Position numbers and translations under genes: made by a program. A stretch of DNA of 64,000 nt, from positions 480,001 to 544,000 of the forward strand of contig CAWCLO010000010.1 in the NCBI GenBank assembly GCA_963796455.1. The letters are read 5' to 3'. The notes beneath the pieces are model-generated. The model ran no database searches. It saw only the letters and a list, made by a program, of their open reading frames with translations, and was not told the origin of the DNA. Shown here in pieces: positions 58,133-64,000 of the stretch. Numbering within the stretch: the first letter of the stretch is position 1; every line of letters starts with the position of its first letter. The DNA comes from Candidatus Sulfomarinibacteraceae bacterium. GTDB lineage: Bacteria; Acidobacteriota; Thermoanaerobaculia; Thermoanaerobaculales; Sulfomarinibacteraceae.

Positions 58133-59524
58133 GTGATCCGAGTGCAGCCGCTGCGGAAGATCGTGGCCGTTGCTGTCGTCGGATTGGTCGCAGCCGCATT
58201 GGTATTTTTTGCCTACAAGAGCCTCAACCTCTCTCCGGAGGCCCGCGCTCGGCAGTCGATCGAACGGGCCACCGCCGCCCAGAGTTACGCCGAAACCCAG
58301 CCCATCCCGGATCGTTGGCGGCCGGAACTCGAGGAAGCCTCCGACCAGCTCAACATGGCCCGCTCCGCCTACGCAGAGAGTAAATGGGACGAAGCCGATT
58401 CAATGGCAGACAGTGCACGCCGGAGATTCGAGGCCCTTGCCGGCGCCGGGGGCGAGGAGATGGTCGGAGTCGGCCAGTTCTTCAGCCTCGAAGGGAGGGT
58501 CGAACTGCAAAGGGCGGGGCAGACACAGTGGCAAAACGCCCACCAGGAACTCCCCGTATTCAACGGTGACTTCGTTCGCACCGGCCGGGACGGCAACGCC
58601 GAAATCATGTTCGCCGACGGCAGCCTGTATCGCATCTCCCCGAACTCGCTCCTCGAAATCCACCATGAGACATCCCAGGAGAGCCCTGGAGCCGTCAAGA
58701 TGGTCGTCGGCCGAATCAACGTCTACACCTCCGGAGCGCCGTCCACGGTCACCACCGACACCGTAAAAACCGAGATCGATCGTGATAGTCGGGTCGCTGT
58801 CAATGTGGGGGCCGACGACAAGAAAACAACCGTCTCCGCCTTCCAGGGAACTGCGCGGGTTCAGAACAATCGTGGGCAGGAAGTCGTCTTGACGAATCGA
58901 GAGGCGATCGCCACCTCCGCGCAAGGAGTCCTCTCCGAAAAACAGGAGATCCCGCCGCCACCATACCCCTTCGATCCTCAGAACAACGCCGGTTTTGACG
59001 TCGGTCGGCAAGGGGTGATCGAACTGGCATGGCGCGGTCGGCCGCAAAAGGGCACGGTGCACCTGCAGGTCAGCCGGACAAAGAGCTTCGATGCTTCGCA
59101 GCTCGATGTCGATGCGGCAAACCTGGCCAAGGACACCGCACGCCTCAAACTCGTGGCCCCGGGAACCTATTTTTGGCGGGTCGCATCATCAATCGGCGGT
59201 GACAGCCAATCGGAGTGGAGCGCGGTTCGCCGCTTCCGGGTCGTGTCCTCTTCGACCGAAAGGCTTCTCAAAGACACGACGCCACCGCCGTTGGCGGTCG
59301 ACACGCCGCAACAACTCGGCCATATGTTCATTATCGAAGGATCGACGGAAGCCAGCGCCACGATCACTATCAACGGTGAAAAGGTCGAACTCGACGCCGA
59401 CGGGCGCTTCCGTAAAACGGTCGAAATCTACAAAGAGGGATGGAACAGTATTTTGATCATCGCCGTTGATCCCTCGGGCAACACTACAGAACATCGCGAA
59501 CCTGTTTTCGTGGAGGATTTTTGA
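58133..59524 (+). CDS. FecR-domain membrane-anchored protein with Ig/FN3-like C-terminus
   Basis: TM, helical region, FecR signature GDFVRTGRDGNAEIMFADGS, FN3-like PGTYFWRV, Ig tail. The upstream part of ORF 56678 is antisense to ppiD. Confidence 0.8.
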   Translation: MIRVQPLRKIVAVAVVGLVAAALVFFAYKSLNLSPEARARQSIERATAAQSYAETQPIPDRWRPELEEASDQLNMARSAYAESKWDEADSMADSARRRFEALAGAGGEEMVGVGQFFSLEGRVELQRAGQTQWQNAHQELPVFNGDFVRTGRDGNAEIMFADGSLYRISPNSLLEIHHETSQESPGAVKMVVGRINVYTSGAPSTVTTDTVKTEIDRDSRVAVNVGADDKKTTVSAFQGTARVQNNRGQEVVLTNREAIATSAQGVLSEKQEIPPPPYPFDPQNNAGFDVGRQGVIELAWRGRPQKGTVHLQVSRTKSFDASQLDVDAANLAKDTARLKLVAPGTYFWRVASSIGGDSQSEWSAVRRFRVVSSSTERLLKDTTPPPLAVDTPQQLGHMFIIEGSTEASATITINGEKVELDADGRFRKTVEIYKEGWNSILIIAVDPSGNTTEHREPVFVEDF

Positions 59525-60549
59525 TGCATCTCTCCAGCCTCCTGGGGCTGTTCTCTTCTGATCTCGCTATCGACCTCGGTACAGCCAACACTTTGGTCTA
59601 TGTCCGCGGTCGCGGCATCGCAGTCGTTGAACCCTCGATCGTCGCCGTCAATAGAATCACCAACAGAGTCGAAGCCGTCGGCGCCAAAGCAAAAGAGATG
59701 CTCGGTAAAACCCCGAGCAATATCCAGGCGATCCGACCGATGAAAGATGGCGTCATCGCGGACTTCGAGGTCACCGAAAAGATGCTCGAACACTTTATTC
59801 GCAAGGCTCACGGGCGATCTTTCCTGGTGCGGCCGCGGATCATCATTTCTGTTCCGTCAGAAATCACCCAGGTGGAGAAACGAGCGGTCAAGGACACAGC
59901 GCTCAAGGCCGGCGCAAGCGAGGTCTACCTGATCGAACAGGCAACCGCGGCGGCGATCGGCGCCGGACTTCCGATCACCGAACCATCCGGCAATATGATC
60001 GTCGACATCGGTGGCGGCACATCCGATGTGGCCGTGATCTCGCTCGCCGGAGTCGTCTATTCGCGATCGGTCCGGGTTGCCGGCAACGAAATGGATGAGG
60101 CGATCATTCACTATCTGAAAAAGAAGTACAACCTGCTCCTCGGTGAGCGAACAGCCGAGCAGATCAAGATCGAAATCGGATCCGCCTATCCCCTCGATGA
60201 ACCTTTGACGATGGATGTCAAGGGCCGCGATCTCGTCGAGGGGGTTCCCAAGAATCTCAACGTGACGGATGAAGAGATCCGCGAGGCCCTGACCGAGATT
60301 GTGTCGACGATCGTCGACGCTGTTCGCAATGCATTGGAACAGACCCCACCGGAGCTTTCGGCAGATATCATCGACAAGGGGATCATCCTCGCTGGTGGAG
60401 GATCGCTGCTGAAGAATCTCGACAAGCGGCTCCGCGAAGAAACCGGTCTCCCGGTTGCCCATTGCGAGGAGCCGGGGTCTGCGGTCGTTCGGGGTACGGG
60501 CATGATGCTGACCAATATCGATCTACTCCGCAAGATCGCCATCGCTTGA
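59524..60549 (+). CDS. mreB: Rod shape-determining protein MreB
   Basis: IDLGTANT, RPMKDGVIADF, DIGGGT, GGGSLL. Confidence 0.98.
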   Translation: MHLSSLLGLFSSDLAIDLGTANTLVYVRGRGIAVVEPSIVAVNRITNRVEAVGAKAKEMLGKTPSNIQAIRPMKDGVIADFEVTEKMLEHFIRKAHGRSFLVRPRIIISVPSEITQVEKRAVKDTALKAGASEVYLIEQATAAAIGAGLPITEPSGNMIVDIGGGTSDVAVISLAGVVYSRSVRVAGNEMDEAIIHYLKKKYNLLLGERTAEQIKIEIGSAYPLDEPLTMDVKGRDLVEGVPKNLNVTDEEIREALTEIVSTIVDAVRNALEQTPPELSADIIDKGIILAGGGSLLKNLDKRLREETGLPVAHCEEPGSAVVRGTGMMLTNIDLLRKIAIA

Positions 60550-60715
60550 CGGTTCCTGCTGCGAGCCCGGATCTCTTTGTGCTGTGGTTGACAACCTCGA
60601 GGGGGCCCCGTGGTGATATGGCCTTTCGGCGTTCTGGACCAATCGGGTTGGAGAACCCGGCGGGGTGCGCCGGTCAAATGAATCACGGGATTCTTTCGCG
60701 CCGCTGGGATCGAGT

Positions 60716-61540
60716 GTGATCTCCTCGCGCCCACTTCTGCTCCGTACGATCCTGTTGTGGTCAGCCCTCGAATTACTCGCCGCTTGGCAGGTGCGTGCCG
60801 ATGACGGGTCCCGCGTGCTCATCAGCTGGTTTCGTACCGCCGCCCATCCCGTGTCCGCTGCCGGCAACGGTCTGGTGAATCTTGTTTCGGCCTTTGGGCT
60901 CGGTATGCAGGACCTCGAGAAGACCATCAGCGATAACCAACGAATGCGCCTGGAACTCGAAGAACTGCACGCACGGGATGTCCTCGTCGAGGAGGATCTT
61001 CGCGCCCTCCGTGACGCAACCCTGTTGGCCGGGCCGAGCGCTGAATACGCAGCAGGTGCCGTCGTCGCTCGATGCACCTTTCGCGACCTTGCGGCCGGTA
61101 CGATGGAGGTCCGCACCGCCGAGCTTGTCACCGTCGCCAAGGATTCACCAGCATTGACCCGAGATGGCCTGGTCGGTCGCGTCATTCGCTCGGACGGGCG
61201 CCGCCACTGGCTGCAGCTTCTCACCCATTCCGCCGCCGCCGTTGCAGTCCGCACCGATGACGGTGGGGTTGAAGGACTGGCCCTTGGCAGCGGCAGCGAC
61301 ACGATGGCTGTTGCCTATATTCCACGCCAGGCAACTCTCGAACGCGGGACCGTGCTCATTACCTCGGGTGCTGACGGTATCTTTCCACCAGGAATTCCCA
61401 CCGCCTGGATCATCCGGGTTCGTGAAACCGAGGACCCATTCCTCGAGGTCGTCGCCGCGGCCAGCGCAAACCTCCGGACGACCCGCGTCGTACTGCTCCT
61501 CCCAGAGTGGTCGGGCAATACCCCTCGAGGAATCCGATGA
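60716..61540 (+). CDS. mreC: Rod shape-determining protein MreC
   Basis: Coiled coil, GLVGRV, TSGADGIFPPGIP; operon position; start approximate. Confidence 0.9.
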   Translation: MISSRPLLLRTILLWSALELLAAWQVRADDGSRVLISWFRTAAHPVSAAGNGLVNLVSAFGLGMQDLEKTISDNQRMRLELEELHARDVLVEEDLRALRDATLLAGPSAEYAAGAVVARCTFRDLAAGTMEVRTAELVTVAKDSPALTRDGLVGRVIRSDGRRHWLQLLTHSAAAVAVRTDDGGVEGLALGSGSDTMAVAYIPRQATLERGTVLITSGADGIFPPGIPTAWIIRVRETEDPFLEVVAAASANLRTTRVVLLLPEWSGNTPRGIR

Positions 61541-61601
61541 GCGAAAACCACCCCCTGTCGCGCCGCGCCGGGCCGCCGAGAGCTGCACGGAGGGCGTGGG
61601 C

Positions 61602-62105
61602 GTGAAAGTGTGGGTAGCCGTTCTCGTCGTCTTGACGCTGATGGGTCAACGAATCCTCGGTTCGCCGGGCCTCCCCGCCTGGGTGTCCGAGATCAATCTG
61701 GTTTCGGTGTGGATCGTTGCTCTGTCCCTGCTCTCGGATCACCGGCGGTGGCCTTATGAGGCCGTCATTCTGGGGCTGCTCTGGGATCTCGTTCTCGATC
61801 AACCAGTCATCGGACCGGGCGGCATCGCCTGGAGTGCGGCAGCTCTTGCCCTGTTTGCCCTCGCGGGAGTAGTTGCCGATCGCTCACCGACGGCATGGGC
61901 CGGTTTTGGGGCATTGGTCGCTCCGGCCGTCGCGTTGGTGCACTACCTCACCCTGCTTCCCCTCGGTATCGAGCCCTCCATGACCCCTCTGCATCTCCTC
62001 CGCACGGCGATCTTTTCCGGTCTATGGTGTGGAATCATAGGGTTTGTTCTCGCGATCGACCTTCCAAAACACCTCCGGACCATACGGGTCCGGAAACTCC
62101 GGTGA
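61602..62105 (+). CDS. mreD: Rod shape-determining protein MreD
   Basis: About 5 TM, GLLWDL motif; between mreC and mrdA. Confidence 0.78.
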   Translation: MKVWVAVLVVLTLMGQRILGSPGLPAWVSEINLVSVWIVALSLLSDHRRWPYEAVILGLLWDLVLDQPVIGPGGIAWSAAALALFALAGVVADRSPTAWAGFGALVAPAVALVHYLTLLPLGIEPSMTPLHLLRTAIFSGLWCGIIGFVLAIDLPKHLRTIRVRKLR

Positions 62106-62109
62106 TCAG

Positions 62110-63927
62110 ATGGAATTACGCGAAGACATCGGCCCCCTCCGCAGCCGCGCGATCGTGCTCTTCGTGTTGTTCTTTGGCGCACTCGGAGTCCTTCATCTCC
62201 GGCTTGTCGATCTCCAACTCGTGCACGGTGCCGAGTGGAGGAATCTTGCCGAAAACAATCGAATGCGCAGGGTCCCGCTGCCCGGCCCGCGCGGTTGGAT
62301 CTATGACCGCCGGGGGCGGGTGGTCGCGGAGAATCGACCTTCATGGGAACTTCTTCTCTTCCCCGACGAGGCTCGTGATGTGGATCGGACCGGCGTCTTC
62401 CTTGCTCAAAAGGGGGTCACGGATGTCCAGACCTTTCATCAGTTGCTGGAAGAGCGCCGGATCGGGCGCATGGCGCCGCTGCTGGTTGGTGAAGACCTCA
62501 GCTGGAATCAGGTGGCGGCAATCCGCGCTCACCAGAGCGACTACCCGGAGCTTTCCGTGGTGTCGCGCTTTCGCCGGCACTATCCTTTTGCCGAACTGAC
62601 ATCCCATGTGGTCGGTCATTTGAAACCTGTGTCGCAGGCTGCGGTTGATTCGGATCCGTCCATCCAACCCGACTCGATGGTCGGGGCGACCGGCATCGAA
62701 GCCGCAGAAGATGGTTTTCTATCCGGAAGCAACGGCGAACGTTGGGTCATGGTTTCGGCGGTCGGCCTGCAAATCGGTGTTGTCGGAGAGGAACAACCGA
62801 CTCAGGGCCGGGATCTCGGAATCACTCTCGACATCGAGCTCCAGGGAGTCGCCGCTGAAGCGCTCGGAGAAGAAACCGGTGCGGTCGTGGCACTCGATCC
62901 CCGAAGCGGGGCGGTCCGGGTTCTCTACTCCTCGCCGAGTTTTGATCCAAAAGCCTTCGGCGGCCGCCTCAGCCGCTCGGACTGGCAGGATCTTCGCGAC
63001 GATCCGCTCCACCCGCTGCAAAACCGGCCCCTTCAGGGCGTGTACCCCCCGGGTTCGACGATCAAACCCTTCCTCGCGCTGGCCGGCCTCGCGGAGGGGC
63101 TCATCGACCCCTCGCTGACGGTCTACTGCAATGGGTCGGTGGTGCTCTACGGCCACCCCTATCGTTGTTGGCGCCGCGGCGGGCACGGCTTTGTCAACCT
63201 CAGCCGTTCCATCGCCGAGTCCTGCGATGTGTACTACTACACACTCGGTCAGAGGCTCGGGATTTCTGGCATGGCGGCGTGGCTGCACCGCTTCGGTTTT
63301 GGCGAACGCACCGGCCTCGACCGAAAATTCGAGGCGGCCGGTCTGGTCGGAACCCCGGAGTGGAGCCGGTCGGTCCGAAAGACTCCCTGGTATCCCGGCG
63401 AGGCGGTATCGGTTTCGATCGGCCAGGGACCGGTTCTGGCGACCGTCGTGCAACTCGCGCGAAGCTTCGCGATCCTGGCCAACGGCGGCCACGACCTCAG
63501 CCCGCACCTGATCTCGGGGCGCTCGACGGCGAGCGATGACGTCCTCGTCGATAGCAATCACCTGGCTATCGTGCAACGGGCGCTGGCCGAGGTCGTCCAC
63601 GGACCTGCCGGGACCGCCCGGCGACAGGGGGCGCTTCCGATGGCCGGTAAGACCGGCACGGCGCAGGTCGTGCGACTGCAGGAAGGGGTCGATTCCAAGG
63701 ATCTGCCGCGCGAGTTTCGCCATCATGCCTGGTTTGTCGGGTGGGCCCCGCTCGACGAACCGGCCCTGGTTGTATCGGTCGTCGTCGAACATGGCGGCGA
63801 CGGGTCTGCGGCCGCCGCGCCCGTGGCGAGCAAGGTGATCGAGGCCTTTCTGAATCAATCGAATTTGCCCAACGACCGCATTGCGCCCCGCCTGGTCGAG
63901 GCGAGCATCCGGCCCGAGGCCGGGTGA
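62110..63927 (+). CDS. mrdA: Penicillin-binding protein 2
   Basis: PRGWIYDRRG, PGSTIK (SxxK), SCD, KTGT, HAWF. Confidence 0.95.
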   Translation: MELREDIGPLRSRAIVLFVLFFGALGVLHLRLVDLQLVHGAEWRNLAENNRMRRVPLPGPRGWIYDRRGRVVAENRPSWELLLFPDEARDVDRTGVFLAQKGVTDVQTFHQLLEERRIGRMAPLLVGEDLSWNQVAAIRAHQSDYPELSVVSRFRRHYPFAELTSHVVGHLKPVSQAAVDSDPSIQPDSMVGATGIEAAEDGFLSGSNGERWVMVSAVGLQIGVVGEEQPTQGRDLGITLDIELQGVAAEALGEETGAVVALDPRSGAVRVLYSSPSFDPKAFGGRLSRSDWQDLRDDPLHPLQNRPLQGVYPPGSTIKPFLALAGLAEGLIDPSLTVYCNGSVVLYGHPYRCWRRGGHGFVNLSRSIAESCDVYYYTLGQRLGISGMAAWLHRFGFGERTGLDRKFEAAGLVGTPEWSRSVRKTPWYPGEAVSVSIGQGPVLATVVQLARSFAILANGGHDLSPHLISGRSTASDDVLVDSNHLAIVQRALAEVVHGPAGTARRQGALPMAGKTGTAQVVRLQEGVDSKDLPREFRHHAWFVGWAPLDEPALVVSVVVEHGGDGSAAAAPVASKVIEAFLNQSNLPNDRIAPRLVEASIRPEAG

Positions 63928-63940
63928 TAGGCTGGGGCTC

Positions 63941-64000
63941 GTGGAACACCGCCTCGATCCTTGGATTCTCCTCGCCGTTGTCGGCATTCTGGGAGCTTCC
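63941..64000 (+). CDS. rodA: Probable 5' end of RodA (truncated by window edge)
   Basis: VEHRLDPWILLAVVGILGAS directly after mrdA; called from position and the D-W-hydrophobic start only. Confidence 0.55.
   Translation, partial: MEHRLDPWILLAVVGILGAS

Overview
GC-rich bacterial chromosomal segment. Gene content and protein style suggest Acidobacteriota, probably class Thermoanaerobaculia (inference, not a database result). It opens with the 3' end of a clade II nitrous-oxide reductase cluster (nosZ, nosB, an unknown lipoprotein, nosD, nosF, nosL, nosY) whose first ~3.6 kb carry many single-base frameshifts, probably sequencing errors. The rest is mostly housekeeping: glyA, rpiB, dGTPase, folC, accD, yebC, ruvC, ftsEX, rlmN, tatA, bolA, fur, tyrS, ferritin, udk, hfq, purDE, pta, cysK, ruvAB, ppiD and mreBCD-mrdA-rodA. 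The most unusual items are: (1) a family of repeat-armed intergenic elements with heptamer tandem arrays and self-complementary arms; one copy carries an Avd/IVP-type four-helix-bundle gene and splits ruvA from ruvB, a gene-less sibling lies at 5.45-5.97 kb, and a stub with a different heptamer lies at 33 kb; (2) an MglA small GTPase fused to a GAF domain and a histidine kinase lacking its phospho-His; (3) a pseudo-receiver/Ser-Thr kinase/TM/TonB fusion near an ExbB-ExbD-ExbD-TonB-DUF4388-TPR operon, together resembling myxobacterial polarity and motor modules; (4) a cytochrome-c-fused cytochrome bd-superfamily pair. No rRNA, tRNA, CRISPR array, transposase or reverse transcriptase was seen.
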